58,277 nucleotides of DNA from an uncultured Alphaproteobacteria bacterium (GCA_938084065.1 CALKDI010000311.1:1-58277), one strand, 5' to 3'. Counted from the first letter of the stretch, positions 47,048 through 57,769 are shown. Notes: generated by a model not told the origin, from the sequence alone. Translations and numbers: made by a program.

Positions 47048-48685
47048 ATGACCGACTACATCAACTGGACCCTGGTCCACCAAGTGCGAGAGCAAGCCGC
47101 AGCCCTGGGTGAGCAAGAGTGGATGACCTTTGGCTCCGGCGCGCCTGCGCTGACCTATGCCGCGTTCGACCGCCGCTCCGACGCTGTGGCCGCCGCACTC
47201 ACCGCCCGTGGCGTGGTCGAAGATGACCGGGTGATGATGCTGGTCAAGAATCGGGCCGAGTTCCTCATCGCCATGATCGGTATCATGAAATGCGGCGCGA
47301 TCTTTGTGCCTATCAATACCGAGCTGCGCGGCACCTTCCTGCAGCACCAGCTGCGCAATTGCGAGCCGCACACGGTGATCTGCGACGCCAGCCTGCTCAA
47401 TGCTTTCGACAATGTTGATGCGGGTGAGGCAAGCCCCCGCCACCTGATCATCGTCGCTGGCGATCCGCCGTCTGCGCCGCCGCCGGCTCTTGCCTCCGCC
47501 AAAGTCGAAGCGTGGGAAGCATTCGAAGCCTCCGCAGCTGGCCAGACGCCACCGGCCTTCGCGCCGACCAAGGACACCATTGCCGGCATCATGTACACCA
47601 GCGGCACCACCGGGCCGGCCAAAGGCGTGCTGCTGCCGCATGGTCACATGTACCTGTTCGGCGTCGGCTCCAACGGCGCGACGGGGCTTACGGCTACGGA
47701 TGTCTATTACGTCTCCATGCCGATCTTTCACGTCAACGGCCTGTTCATCCAGGTGACGGCTGCGCATCTGGCTGGCGCGCGGGTGCATCTGGTGGAGCGG
47801 TTCAGTCCGAACCGCTGGCTGGACGAGTGCATTGCCTGCGAGGCCACCATCACCAATCTGCTGGGTGTGATGCCGGAGTTCGTCTTCAACACGGCCCCCT
47901 CGCCGCGCGATCAGGACCACAAGCTGCGCCTGATCATGGCGGTGCCAATCTCCAAAGAATGGGGCCAGGCATTCGAAGACCGGTTCGGCGTGCGCTTCCT
48001 GCAAGGCTTCGGCATGACCGAGTGCGGCATGCCGCTGTGGGGCGACCGCAACGATCCAGAGCCCATCATTGGCGGCTGTGCCGGTTATGTTGACGAGCCA
48101 TATTTTGAGCTGCGCATCGCCAATCCCGAAACCGATGATCCATTGCCACAAGGCGAAGTCGGCGAACTCCTCATCCGGCCAAAAATCCCCGGCTGCTTCT
48201 CCGCCGGCTATTACAAAATGCCAGAACGCTCGGTGGAGGCCTGGCGCAACCTCTGGTTTCATACCGGTGATGCCTGCCGCCAGGACGAAAAGGGCCGCTA
48301 TCACTATATCGACCGCATCAAGGACTGCATCCGCCGCCGCGGCGAGAACATCTCCGCTTTTGAGGTGGAGCAGGTGCTGAACGGACATCCCCAAATCGCC
48401 GAAAGCGCCGTCATTGGCGTGAAAGTTGAGGGTGCCGGCGGCGAGGAAGAGGTGAAAGCGGTGATCGTGCCGGCAGCCGGCCAGCCGCGCGTGGACTATG
48501 TGGCTCTGCTCGACTATTGCGCAGACCGCATGCCGCGCTTTGCCGTGCCCCGCTTCGTCGAATTCATCGGCGAGTTGGACAAGACAGCCAGCGGCAAACT
48601 CCGCAAAGGCGACCTGCGCGACGCTGGCGTGACCGGGAAGACCTGGGACCGGGAGAGCGTCGGGTATCAGGTGGCGCGGCGGTAG
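47048..48685 (+). CDS. AMP-dependent synthetase/ligase (acyl-CoA synthetase family)
   Basis: AMP-binding motif IMYTSGTTGPAKGV, plus GFGMTE, TGD and a C-terminal GKL.K. Start at ATG 47048. Confidence 0.88.
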   Translation: MTDYINWTLVHQVREQAAALGEQEWMTFGSGAPALTYAAFDRRSDAVAAALTARGVVEDDRVMMLVKNRAEFLIAMIGIMKCGAIFVPINTELRGTFLQHQLRNCEPHTVICDASLLNAFDNVDAGEASPRHLIIVAGDPPSAPPPALASAKVEAWEAFEASAAGQTPPAFAPTKDTIAGIMYTSGTTGPAKGVLLPHGHMYLFGVGSNGATGLTATDVYYVSMPIFHVNGLFIQVTAAHLAGARVHLVERFSPNRWLDECIACEATITNLLGVMPEFVFNTAPSPRDQDHKLRLIMAVPISKEWGQAFEDRFGVRFLQGFGMTECGMPLWGDRNDPEPIIGGCAGYVDEPYFELRIANPETDDPLPQGEVGELLIRPKIPGCFSAGYYKMPERSVEAWRNLWFHTGDACRQDEKGRYHYIDRIKDCIRRRGENISAFEVEQVLNGHPQIAESAVIGVKVEGAGGEEEVKAVIVPAAGQPRVDYVALLDYCADRMPRFAVPRFVEFIGELDKTASGKLRKGDLRDAGVTGKTWDRESVGYQVARR

Positions 48686-48728
48686 AGCCAACACACAAGA
48701 GCCAGCACACAAAGGAAAGACCAAAGCC

Positions 48729-49799
48729 ATGCGCGCCGCCGTCCTTCAGGGCAGCACGATCACCGTGCAAAGCCTGCCCGACCCAACGCCGACCGCCGGC
48801 TGGTTGCTGGTGGAGCCTATCGCCACCGGCATTTGTGGCTCCGACCTGCATTATCGTGAGCGGGCGGTGATGGCAGAGGCTGGCCTGCCGCCGGAGCAAC
48901 GCCAGAGCCTGCCGCGCATCGTACCGGGGCATGAGTTTTCCGCTCGCTTCCTGGAGGCTGGACCGGGCACGGATACGGGTTTCAAACCCGGCGACCGGCT
49001 GGCACCCCTGCCCTTCACTCACAGCCCGCACGCGCCGAACGGGTTTGAGGTTATCGGTCTGTCACCGGACTATTCCGGCGGCTTGGCAACGCTGAGCGTG
49101 GTCGACGCCAGCCGTGCCTTCGCTATTCCCGATGCAGTGCCCAGCGATCTGGCCGCCCTGGCGGAACCTCTCGCCGTCGGCTTGCATGCCGCCAATCTTG
49201 CCGCCCGGAATCGCGGGCCCAATCTAGTGATTGGCTGCGGACCGGTTGGACTGGCCGTGATCTTCGCATTGTTGCGCCAGGGCCGTGGGCCCATCCTAGC
49301 GGCGGATTTCTCAGCTGAACGCCGCGCGGCGGCAGAGGCGCTGGGGGCCGATATCGTGCTGGACCCGGCGCTGACGTCGCCTTTTAGCCACTGGCAGGAC
49401 CTGAGCTTCTCCCCTCTCCCTTCATCGCCATTGCTGGAGCCGGAGTTCCGCGGCCTGCCGCCGGGTGCCAACATCTTCGATTGCGTTGGCGTGCCTGGGC
49501 TGCTGGACCAGATCGTCAAGAGCGCGCCGCAGCATAGCCACGTCATCACGGTCGGCGTATGTGCGCATGAGGATAAGCTGACGCCACGCGAGGCCATTGT
49601 CACCGAACTGACATTGGAATTCAGCTTCGCCTACCGCCCGGAAGAGTTCCGGCAGTCGCTGGAGGCCATAGCGGCAGACCCGGACCGTGTGCGTCGCCTG
49701 ATCACCAGCCACCTGCCATTGGCGGAGACCGGCAACGCCTTCGACCGGCTCGCCAATCACCCTGCGGAGATCAAGGTGCTGATCGACCCGCATCGGTAG
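48729..49799 (+). CDS. Zinc-binding medium-chain alcohol dehydrogenase family protein
   Basis: GICGSDLH zinc motif, GHEFS and a GCGPVGL Rossmann motif. AAGGAAAG SD upstream. Confidence 0.87.
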   Translation: MRAAVLQGSTITVQSLPDPTPTAGWLLVEPIATGICGSDLHYRERAVMAEAGLPPEQRQSLPRIVPGHEFSARFLEAGPGTDTGFKPGDRLAPLPFTHSPHAPNGFEVIGLSPDYSGGLATLSVVDASRAFAIPDAVPSDLAALAEPLAVGLHAANLAARNRGPNLVIGCGPVGLAVIFALLRQGRGPILAADFSAERRAAAEALGADIVLDPALTSPFSHWQDLSFSPLPSSPLLEPEFRGLPPGANIFDCVGVPGLLDQIVKSAPQHSHVITVGVCAHEDKLTPREAIVTELTLEFSFAYRPEEFRQSLEAIAADPDRVRRLITSHLPLAETGNAFDRLANHPAEIKVLIDPHR

Positions 49800-49811
49800 C
49801 TCGCTTCAGGA

Positions 49812-50738
49812 TTAGCGCTTCAGTGTCGGATCGGGCCAGGGGCCTTTGGAGTCCGGCCAGCGGCGGTGCAACCAGAACCAGTTGCCGGGCTTGCGGCGGA
49901 TTTGCTGTTCGATCAGCTGGTTCAGCTGGATGGTCGTTGCCAACTCCGCCGCGCGCCGTCCTTTGGTGGAGGCGTCGGCAGGCTCAACCGGCGGCACGAC
50001 GCTGGCATGCAGGCGATAGCGGGCAGGGCCAAGGCGTTCGGTGTGTCCGATGATGATCGGCGCGCGAAACCGCATGGCCATTTGCGCCGGTGCAGCGGTT
50101 GTCATGGCCGGGCGGTTAAAAAATGGAACGGAAACGCCCTCGTTCAGCTTCTGGTCGATCAGAATGCCCAGATTACCGCCGCTGGCCATGACCTTGCGCA
50201 CCTCGCGAAAGCCCTCCAGGCCTTTTGGCAACAGCATCAAATCGCTGCCGCGCAGCGTGTGATAGAAGGCATCGACCAGCGGATTGTTGGCGCGCCGATA
50301 GATTAAGGCAAGCGGATAGCCGTATTTCGCGGCGGCCCTGCCAAACACCTCAAAATTCGAAAAATGGGCGCCGACAAAGATCATTGGCCGGTCACCGGCT
50401 TTGGCTTCGCGCAGCTCGTCCAGCTGTTCCGGCGCAATCTCGACATGTTCGGTGATCGCGGCCAGATGCGGCATCTCTCCGAAAATTCGGCCGAGATTGT
50501 CCCACATGGCCAGGATGATCGCCTCATGCTCTGCCGAAGTTAACTCCGGCATCACCAGCGCCAGATTGCGGCGCGCCCGGTTCGAGGGCGGCAGGCGTGG
50601 CCCCAGGGTCCGGCCAATCCAGCCACCCAGGTTCGAGGCCTGCTCCGGCGACAACAGGCCGACCAGGCCGAACAGCAGCCGCGCCAGAGCATATTCTAGC
50701 GGGTCGATCAGCCAGCGTTGTAGTGGCGTTCGCTTCAT
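49812..50738 (-). CDS. Lipid A biosynthesis lauroyl/lysophospholipid acyltransferase (LpxL/HtrB family)
   Basis: LpxL-family length and an H-x4-E motif (AHFSNFE). The ATG overlaps the lpxK stop. Confidence 0.8.
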   Translation of the reverse strand: MKRTPLQRWLIDPLEYALARLLFGLVGLLSPEQASNLGGWIGRTLGPRLPPSNRARRNLALVMPELTSAEHEAIILAMWDNLGRIFGEMPHLAAITEHVEIAPEQLDELREAKAGDRPMIFVGAHFSNFEVFGRAAAKYGYPLALIYRRANNPLVDAFYHTLRGSDLMLLPKGLEGFREVRKVMASGGNLGILIDQKLNEGVSVPFFNRPAMTTAAPAQMAMRFRAPIIIGHTERLGPARYRLHASVVPPVEPADASTKGRRAAELATTIQLNQLIEQQIRRKPGNWFWLHRRWPDSKGPWPDPTLKR

Positions 50739-51691
50739 GCGCCGAGTTCCAATCGCTGCTGCAACCAGGCAGCCACCGCTGCAGGTTCATCAAACCGCAA
50801 AGCCACTGGCAGCGCCGCGACCCGGCTTTGCCATACAGGCGGCAGGCGGATGTGGTCTTTCTCTGTGGTGATCAGCGTGACGTCTGAGGGCAGGTCGCGC
50901 GCCATGCGCTCTAGCTCCGGCAAGGTATAGGGATGGTGGTCGGGGAAGGCATGACGGGCGTACACATCAGCGCCCAATGCGTCCAGCGTTGCAAAGAATT
51001 TCGCGGGGCGACCAATGCCCGCGAAGGCCGCCACCCGGCGACCACGCCATTCGCTCCCCGGCGATTGTGGCTGAACGCTGGCTCGGAAGACTGGGCCGGA
51101 CCAGGCGAACGGCAACCCGCCCTGGCCGATCAAGATCACGGCGTCGGTGCGGCTAAGGCCACGGCTAACTGGCTCGCGCAACGGGCCGGCGGGGATGCAA
51201 AAACCGTTGCCGATGCCCTGGCCTGCATCGATGACCAGCAGCGAGATCGACTTGATCAACGCTGGGTTCTGGAAGCCATCATCCATCAGGATCAGACCCG
51301 CGCCTGCCGCGGCGGCTGCTTTGGCACCAGCCACCCGATCACGGGCCACCCAGGTCGGCAGGTGCCGCGCCAGCAACAACGGCTCGTCGCCCACATCGGC
51401 AACGCTGTGTTTGGTAGGATCGACCTGAACCGGACCTTGCAATTGTCCGCCGTAACCCCGGGTGAGAGCATGCGACTGACGCTCGTGCAGCATCGCCGCT
51501 AAGGCTTCCACGGTTGGCGTTTTGCCTGCCCCACCGGCAACCAGATTGCCCACGCAAATAACGGGGACGGACACCTCTGCCGGGCGCGCTAGCTGCTGCC
51601 GCAGCCAACCGCCGGCAGCATACAGCCAACCGGCCGGCGCGAGCCCATGCGCCACCAACCCGCTATGGCTCCAAAACTCAGGGGCTTGCAT
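50735..51691 (-). CDS. lpxK: Tetraacyldisaccharide 4'-kinase
   Basis: P-loop GNLVAGGAGKTP. Start set at ATG 51691 (MQAPEFW...). The track start at 51733 lies deeper inside waaA. Confidence 0.88.
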   Translation of the reverse strand: MQAPEFWSHSGLVAHGLAPAGWLYAAGGWLRQQLARPAEVSVPVICVGNLVAGGAGKTPTVEALAAMLHERQSHALTRGYGGQLQGPVQVDPTKHSVADVGDEPLLLARHLPTWVARDRVAGAKAAAAAGAGLILMDDGFQNPALIKSISLLVIDAGQGIGNGFCIPAGPLREPVSRGLSRTDAVILIGQGGLPFAWSGPVFRASVQPQSPGSEWRGRRVAAFAGIGRPAKFFATLDALGADVYARHAFPDHHPYTLPELERMARDLPSDVTLITTEKDHIRLPPVWQSRVAALPVALRFDEPAAVAAWLQQRLELGA

Positions 51692-52976
51692 GGCCGGATA
51701 TGCCCTCAGGCTTAAACATTTCGGCATCGGCAATCAGCGGTTCCAGTGCGGCTAGCACCTGATCCAGCACCTGGGTTTCTGAAACTGCGACGCGAGCCGC
51801 CGCATCGATCATCTGTGCCCGCAATGGTGGATCATCGAGCAGTGCCCAAACCGCCTTTGCCAGCGATTCGGCGTCCTGCACATGATAGGCGCCGCCGGCA
51901 GCGCGCAGCGTTTGGCAAACCTCAGCGAAGTTGAAGATATAGGGCCCAAGCAGGATGGCAGCACCGAGTCGCGCCGGCTCCAGCGGATTGTGCCCACCGA
52001 TCTCCACCAGTGAGCCGCCAACAAACGTCACCGATGCCAGCCGATAGAACAGGCCGAGTTCACCCAGCGTGTCAGCGATATAGATCTGACCATCCGGCCA
52101 GTCGCCACGGCTGCGCAATTGCGGATTCAGGTGCGTTAGCGTTGTTTCCGCCCACACTTGGCCACGGTGCGGGTGGCGCGGCACGATGATGGTGAGGAGG
52201 TCGGGAATTTCGCTGATCAGCAATTCATGGACAGCAGCGACCACCTCATCCTCTCCCGGATGCACGCTGGCGGCGACCCAGCAGGGTCGGCTGCCAACGA
52301 TGGCCTGCAACTGCCGCAATTCGCCGGCATCATAGGGCAAAGGCGGAGCCGCGCCCTTGAGATTGCCGCGCACCTCCACATGCAATGCGCCAAGGCGCAT
52401 GAACCGCGCGGCGTCCTCTGTCGTTTGCGGCAGGATCAGATCGAACGCGCCCAATAGCGCCTGGATCGTCCGCGGCCAACGCCGCCAGCCATTGGCGGAT
52501 TTCGCGGACATGCGCCCGTTCAGCAAGGCCATGGGAATGCCGCGAGCCTTGGTTTGGCGGATCAGGTTCGGCCACAATTCCGACTCGACCCAAATGGCCA
52601 GATCCGGTTGCCAATGGTCCAGAAAACGGTCGACCGCGCCCGGCCTATCAACCGGCACAAATTGATGAATCAGCCCTGCCTGCGCCCGCTCCTCAACCAA
52701 TTTGGCGGAGGTCACGGTCCCAGTGGTCAGCAACACGTGCCAGCCGTCATGTTCCAGGTCAAAGCGCTCCAGCAGCGGCAACACCGAGACTGCCTCCCCA
52801 ACGCTCGCCGCATGGCACCACACCAGCTTGCCCTCCGGTCGAGGGTGACCGGCGTGGCCTAGTCGCTCTGGCAGACGCACCGGGTCTTCGCGGCCTTTGG
52901 CTTTGCGGCGCTGCAGGTACAGTCCGATCAATGGCCCGGCGAGCCAGGTGGCGAGGCGATAGGCGGATAGCAGCAC
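51678..52976 (-). CDS. waaA: 3-deoxy-D-manno-octulosonic acid (Kdo) transferase
   Basis: N-terminal GLYLQRRKAKGRED...WCHAASVGE and a C-terminal GGSL...GGHNPLEPA, typical of WaaA/KdtA. Confidence 0.9.
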   Translation of the reverse strand: MLLSAYRLATWLAGPLIGLYLQRRKAKGREDPVRLPERLGHAGHPRPEGKLVWCHAASVGEAVSVLPLLERFDLEHDGWHVLLTTGTVTSAKLVEERAQAGLIHQFVPVDRPGAVDRFLDHWQPDLAIWVESELWPNLIRQTKARGIPMALLNGRMSAKSANGWRRWPRTIQALLGAFDLILPQTTEDAARFMRLGALHVEVRGNLKGAAPPLPYDAGELRQLQAIVGSRPCWVAASVHPGEDEVVAAVHELLISEIPDLLTIIVPRHPHRGQVWAETTLTHLNPQLRSRGDWPDGQIYIADTLGELGLFYRLASVTFVGGSLVEIGGHNPLEPARLGAAILLGPYIFNFAEVCQTLRAAGGAYHVQDAESLAKAVWALLDDPPLRAQMIDAAARVAVSETQVLDQVLAALEPLIADAEMFKPEGISGHASP

Positions 52977-52999
52977 CGGTCTTCAAGCCTCCCCTAGTC

Positions 53000-53713
53000 T
53001 CACGCCGCTGGCGGCGCAGGTTGGACAGGGGTGGCGCCAACCAGCGCATCCGCCTCCGCCGTCAACCGGTTCATTTCGGTTTCGAGCAGCAGGCGCAAGG
53101 CCTCACGCTCTGCTGACTTGGCCGCGCGGGGGATCGCAATCGGGTCGCCGATCAGGAACGCGGCCTTGGCGAACGGAATCGGCAGCGGCACGATCATCCG
53201 ATCCCACGACCCCGCCCGAATAGCGGGCCAGAGCGCCGCCGTGACCGGCACCAAATCTACCTCACCCATTTGCGCCAGCCGGATTGCGCCTTCGCTGGCG
53301 CGCATGCGCGGTCCACGCGGGCCATCCGGTGTGATGCCCACATAGCGCCCGGCGTGCAGTTGCGAGATGACCTCGCGTCCCGCCTGAACGCTGCGCCGGT
53401 CCCGCGCGCCACGGGCAGTGGAGCCAACGATCACACCATGCCCCAGCTTGCGCGCCGTGTTCGCAATCAACTGGCCATCGCGTGATTGCGAAATCAGAAT
53501 ATCAGCACCGGCGCCGCGCCAGCTCAGTGCCACAGGCAATAACCGACCATGCCAGAAACAGGCGACAACGGGCCGACCGCGCGCCAGGATCTCCTCACCC
53601 TTAGCCGAGTCATCCCGCACCATGCGCATGCAGGCCCGCGCAGTTTTGAGATAGCCTGCTGCAACAGACGGCAATGCTGCCTGGACAAAACCACTCGACA
53701 GGAAACGTTTCAC
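53000..53713 (-). CDS. DUF374 (LPLAT-like) protein
   Basis: FWHGRLL...ISQSRDGQLIA......G...V.GS, the DUF374 signature. Commonly adjacent to waaA. Confidence 0.8.
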   Translation of the reverse strand: MKRFLSSGFVQAALPSVAAGYLKTARACMRMVRDDSAKGEEILARGRPVVACFWHGRLLPVALSWRGAGADILISQSRDGQLIANTARKLGHGVIVGSTARGARDRRSVQAGREVISQLHAGRYVGITPDGPRGPRMRASEGAIRLAQMGEVDLVPVTAALWPAIRAGSWDRMIVPLPIPFAKAAFLIGDPIAIPRAAKSAEREALRLLLETEMNRLTAEADALVGATPVQPAPPAA

Positions 53714-53719
53714 CGGGCC

Positions 53720-55063
53720 TCAGGCTCCCGCAACGGTCATGCCATCGATCCGCAGCGTCGGTGCGTTAACGCCAGCGCGGAACTCCAGGTCGCTGGCGGG
53801 CCGCACACTGCCAAACATGTCGCGCAGGCTGCCGGCGATGGTCATCTCGCTGACCGGGTAGGCGATCTCGCCATTCTCAATCCAGAAGCCGGTGCAACCG
53901 CGCGAATAGCTGCCGGTCACGATATTAACGCCCTGGCCGATGAGCTGGGTCACGTACAGGCCATTCTCGATCTCGCCGATCATCGCCTCAGGTGAAATAT
54001 CGCCGGCTTCCATATACAGATTGGTCGAGCCAACGCCGGGCGAGGCACCGACGCTGCGGGTGCCGCGGCCATTGCTCTGCAGGCCCAACTGCCGGGCAGT
54101 CGCCAGGTTAAGCAGCCAGCATTGCAGCACGCCGTCGTCGATCAAGGTCAACGGCTCCGCCGGCAACCCCTCCCCATCGAATGGTGCCGACGACAAGCCT
54201 CTCAGTCGTCGCGGGTCATCGATCACGCGCACGCCTGGGGCAAAGACGGACTCGCCCATGGCGTCTTTCAGGAAACTGGTGCCGCGCGCAATAGACTGAC
54301 CGTTGATCGCGCTGACGAGCGTCATCAGCATGCCACTGGATATGCGGCGGTCGAAGACGATAGGAACGGCCTGGCTCTTGGGCTTGCGGGCACCCAGCGC
54401 CTTGACTGCCCGCTCACCTGCGCGGCGGCCGATCAGATCAGCGGCCTCAAGGTCGGCGCGATGTACAGCACGGTGGCCATCATATTGCCGCTCCATCCCT
54501 GTGCCCTCACCGGCGAGGGCGACGGCGGTCAGGGATGAGCCCGTGCGCTGGTATTGTGCGGCGAAGCCATTGCTGGCGACCACAGCCAAAGCCGAACGAC
54601 CCCAGCTAGCCTCTGCGCCCTCACTATTGGTGGAAACGCCTTCGACCGCCAGCATGGCGTCTTCAGCCTCTCTGGCAAGATCGCGCAATTCATCGACTGA
54701 TGGTTCAGAAGGATCGAACAGGTCGAGGTCGGGCCAGGCTTTCGCCAACTGCGCTGGATCGGCCAGCCCGGCGGTTGAATCCTCTGGCGCGACCTTGGCC
54801 ATGGCGATCACACGCTCCACCAGCGCCTGCAATGCGGCGGGAGAGCGGTCGGCGCTGGCTGCGCCGGCTTGTCGCTGGCCAATCAGCACGCGCAGGCCGA
54901 TATCCTCGCCCTCGCTGCGTTCCACGTGTTCCAGCGCGCCATGGCGCCAGGCGATGGATAGGCTATCGCCGCGCACAGCGACAGCATCGGCGGCGTCAAC
55001 ACCGGCGGCACGCGCCTTGGCGACGAGGTCATCCAGGATGGAGAGAACGGCTGTATCAGTCAT
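53720..55063 (-). CDS. pmbA: TldD/PmbA-family metalloprotease (PmbA-like)
   Basis: 447 aa. TldD/PmbA pattern ending in a glycine-rich ...G.NI.TG.YS.G..GFWIENGEI..PV.E.TIAG... C-terminus. Confidence 0.87.
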   Translation of the reverse strand: MTDTAVLSILDDLVAKARAAGVDAADAVAVRGDSLSIAWRHGALEHVERSEGEDIGLRVLIGQRQAGAASADRSPAALQALVERVIAMAKVAPEDSTAGLADPAQLAKAWPDLDLFDPSEPSVDELRDLAREAEDAMLAVEGVSTNSEGAEASWGRSALAVVASNGFAAQYQRTGSSLTAVALAGEGTGMERQYDGHRAVHRADLEAADLIGRRAGERAVKALGARKPKSQAVPIVFDRRISSGMLMTLVSAINGQSIARGTSFLKDAMGESVFAPGVRVIDDPRRLRGLSSAPFDGEGLPAEPLTLIDDGVLQCWLLNLATARQLGLQSNGRGTRSVGASPGVGSTNLYMEAGDISPEAMIGEIENGLYVTQLIGQGVNIVTGSYSRGCTGFWIENGEIAYPVSEMTIAGSLRDMFGSVRPASDLEFRAGVNAPTLRIDGMTVAGA

Positions 55064-55120
55064 GGCGCCCGTTCTAGCCTATGCCACCGGGCGCGTCACG
55101 CGCCTATGCCAGAGAGCACG

Positions 55121-56392
55121 TCATGCGCGGCGGATAGCGCCGACCGACCAATACAAGGCGAGCGCTGCAGCATTGGCGGCAATGGCCACGACGATCACGG
55201 TCTCATAGCCGCTGACGTCGTGCAAATAACCGCCCAAGGTCGCGCCAAGTGCAGCGCCGGCACCCATGCCCAGATGGACCGATCCCATGATCAAGCCCAG
55301 CCCTGGGCCTCTGCCAAACAACCGCGGCACCAGTGCATTGACGATGGGACCGCGCGAGCCAAACGTCGGCCCGTAGATGACGACAAACATTCCAACCAGC
55401 CACCACACCGGCAAAGCCATGATTGCCAGCAGCAGGCTAAAGCCAATCATGGTCATGGAATAGCTGATGGTCATGGCCAGGCCTCGGCCCCGGCGATCCG
55501 CCAACCACGCAAACACGATCAATCCAATGGTGCCTGCCAGCCCGGTAGCGCCAAATGCACCGGCCGCCGCCAGGGGCTTAAAGCCTTGCTCAATCAGAAA
55601 CGCGACAATCTGCGGGTTCAGGGCGAACATGCCAAATGCAGTTAGAAACTGAATGCCGAACAGCGCCCAGAAGCCAATATGCCGGTACGGGGAAATGGCT
55701 GTATCCGCAGAAGGGCGAGGCACGACCCTCGACGCCGATTTCACCTCTAATGGTGCCACTGGTCCACTCAGCCGGCGCCAGGGCAGTACCAGCAGCACTG
55801 CAGCCAAAATGGCGGAGGTCAGGCTGAGTGCCGCGTAAGCCGCCCGCCAGCCTTCCCCTTGGATCAGCAATTGCAGTAACGGCGCGAATACCAGCATGCC
55901 AACACCGGATGCCGCGGCAGCTGTGGCGATGGCGATGGTTAGGTTGGCGCGGAACCAGCGGGCCAACAAAGTCGCGTGACTGACGACCCCGATCAATGCG
56001 CCGCCAAGCCCGACGGCGACGCCAACACTCAAATAGAATTGCCACAGCGCATCTGCCGTTGCAGTCCACTGGAACGCAGCAGCGATGATCATTGCGCCTA
56101 TCACATAGGTCCAGCGCGGCCCGAACCGGTCCATCATCCGGCCCGCGATCGGGCAGCCAATGCCGAAGAACAGCATCATGCAGCCATAGATGCCAGCGGT
56201 CTCCGCCCGATCCCAGCCGAAATCGTCCGCCAAGGGCAGCAGAAACACCGCAAAGCTGTCAAAACTGACGCGCATAACCGCGGTCAACAGGGCGCAAATC
56301 GCTACAGCTGCCGCCGGCCATATCCACGTGGATGGCGTTCTATCTTGGGCCAATGCCCTTCTGCCTCCCGCGGCAATCATTGCTTCCAACAC
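55121..56392 (-). CDS. MFS transporter
   Basis: About 12 TM segments and an MFS loop motif (GRMMDRFGPR). GTG 56392 or ATG 56380 as start. Confidence 0.85.
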   Translation of the reverse strand: MLEAMIAAGGRRALAQDRTPSTWIWPAAAVAICALLTAVMRVSFDSFAVFLLPLADDFGWDRAETAGIYGCMMLFFGIGCPIAGRMMDRFGPRWTYVIGAMIIAAAFQWTATADALWQFYLSVGVAVGLGGALIGVVSHATLLARWFRANLTIAIATAAAASGVGMLVFAPLLQLLIQGEGWRAAYAALSLTSAILAAVLLVLPWRRLSGPVAPLEVKSASRVVPRPSADTAISPYRHIGFWALFGIQFLTAFGMFALNPQIVAFLIEQGFKPLAAAGAFGATGLAGTIGLIVFAWLADRRGRGLAMTISYSMTMIGFSLLLAIMALPVWWLVGMFVVIYGPTFGSRGPIVNALVPRLFGRGPGLGLIMGSVHLGMGAGAALGATLGGYLHDVSGYETVIVVAIAANAAALALYWSVGAIRRA

Positions 56393-56495
56393 AGATCGGC
56401 ACTGCCTCCGAAAAGAGACAGCGCCGGATCAGCTTCGCCGCAAATTGGTTAACGACTGGTTCACCTTTGCGGCAGGTGTATACGATTTTTGGGCG

Positions 56496-56897
56496 CTAAA
56501 TGCCCATCTCGTCGAATACAGCCTTGGCCTCGCGGAAGGCCTCAACGGCGGCGGGAGCGCCGGCATAGACGGCGACCTGCAGAAACACTTCGGCGATTTC
56601 GTCTTTGGTCATGCCGTTGGTAATCGCGCCGCGCGTGTGCAGCTTCAGCTCAGCCGGACGGCCGAGGGCGGCCAACAGCGCCAGATTGATGGTGGAGCGA
56701 GTCTTGCGGTCCAAGCCGTCGCTGTTCCAGACCGTGCCCCAGGCAAATTCGGTCACAAACTGCTGCAGCTTGCGGGTGAAATCATCCTCGCCTGCGCGGG
56801 CCACGGAGGCTCCAACATACTCATCGCCCAGCACTTCGCGGCGAACCTGCAGGCCGGCTTTGAAGCGATCGGTGTTGTCAAATTTCGAGGTATCCAT
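56496..56897 (-). CDS. Carboxymuconolactone decarboxylase family protein (PcaC-like)
   Basis: 133 aa. ...FAWG.VW....LD.KTRS.I.LA.L.ALGR..EL..H...A...G.T..EI.EV..Q.A.Y.G.PA. The long track ORF 56496-57833 is antisense to the SDR gene upstream of this start. Confidence 0.85.
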   Translation of the reverse strand: MDTSKFDNTDRFKAGLQVRREVLGDEYVGASVARAGEDDFTRKLQQFVTEFAWGTVWNSDGLDRKTRSTINLALLAALGRPAELKLHTRGAITNGMTKDEIAEVFLQVAVYAGAPAAVEAFREAKAVFDEMGI

Positions 56898-57008
56898 GTG
56901 ATAAGTCCTTACTTTGTTATGAAGAGGTTGACGCGACCGCATCAGAAGCCAAGCATGCGCGCCTTGCAAGCCCTTGCAAGCCTTCGTAACGATCAGGAGC
57001 CTGCGACT

Positions 57009-57734
57009 TTGCTTCGCTTCGACTACTCGGGGAAGACCGTCCTCGTCACCGGCGCATCTGCCGGAATCGGCAACGCCATCGCCTGCGCTTTCCGCGATGC
57101 CGGCGCGGCGGTGCACGCCACCGGCACCCGCGACCACAGCGCCTACGATACCGACCTGGAGGGCATGACCTTCCATCAGGCTGATGTTGGCGAGGAGGCC
57201 CAGCTGCAGGCACTGGCAGACGCCATTCCATCGCTGGACATTCTGGTCAACAACGCCGGCATGGTCCTCTACAGGCGCCAGGAGTATGAGCGCGCATCGT
57301 TTCAGCGTGTGATGGACGTCAACCTCACCAGCCTGATGACGCTGTCCGGCCTGCTCCGCCCAAAACTTGCCGCGAGCGGTGCCGGCAGCATTCTCAACCT
57401 GACGTCGGTCACCGCGTTTTTCGGCAGCCGCGGCAACCCTGCTTATGGCGCATCTAAAGCGGCTATTGTGCAATTGACCAAGACATTGGCCGTTGCTTGG
57501 GCGCGAGATGGCATCCGCGTCAACGCCATCGCACCGGGCTTTATTGCGACCGAGATGACCAAGGTCTCGCAAAGCGGTGCCGTGAATGAGGGCATCCTGC
57601 AACGCACACCCATGGCCCGTTGGGGTCAACCGGAGGACATCGCCGGCGCGACCTTGTTCCTGGCATCCAATCAGGCCAGCTTCATCACAGGTGAGACCCT
57701 CACCATCGATGGTGGCTTCGCCAGCAACATCTGA
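57009..57734 (+). CDS. Short-chain dehydrogenase/reductase (SDR)
   Basis: GKTVLVTGASAGIG, NNAG and YGASKAA motifs. Start set at TTG 57009, with AGGAG 9 nt upstream. ATG 56955 is an in-frame alternative without an SD. Confidence 0.85.
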   Translation: MLRFDYSGKTVLVTGASAGIGNAIACAFRDAGAAVHATGTRDHSAYDTDLEGMTFHQADVGEEAQLQALADAIPSLDILVNNAGMVLYRRQEYERASFQRVMDVNLTSLMTLSGLLRPKLAASGAGSILNLTSVTAFFGSRGNPAYGASKAAIVQLTKTLAVAWARDGIRVNAIAPGFIATEMTKVSQSGAVNEGILQRTPMARWGQPEDIAGATLFLASNQASFITGETLTIDGGFASNI

Positions 57735-57769
57735 ACACCGCTTTCCGCGGCAGTCTGATAGGGAATTAC

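Noticed and set aside
46697-48730. 677-aa ORF on the minus strand, the longest unannotated ORF in the track
   Set aside because: It lies entirely antisense to the acyl-CoA synthetase gene, which has clear AMP-binding motifs. Its translation is R/A/G/H-rich low-complexity sequence with no motifs, typical of shadow ORFs in GC-rich DNA.
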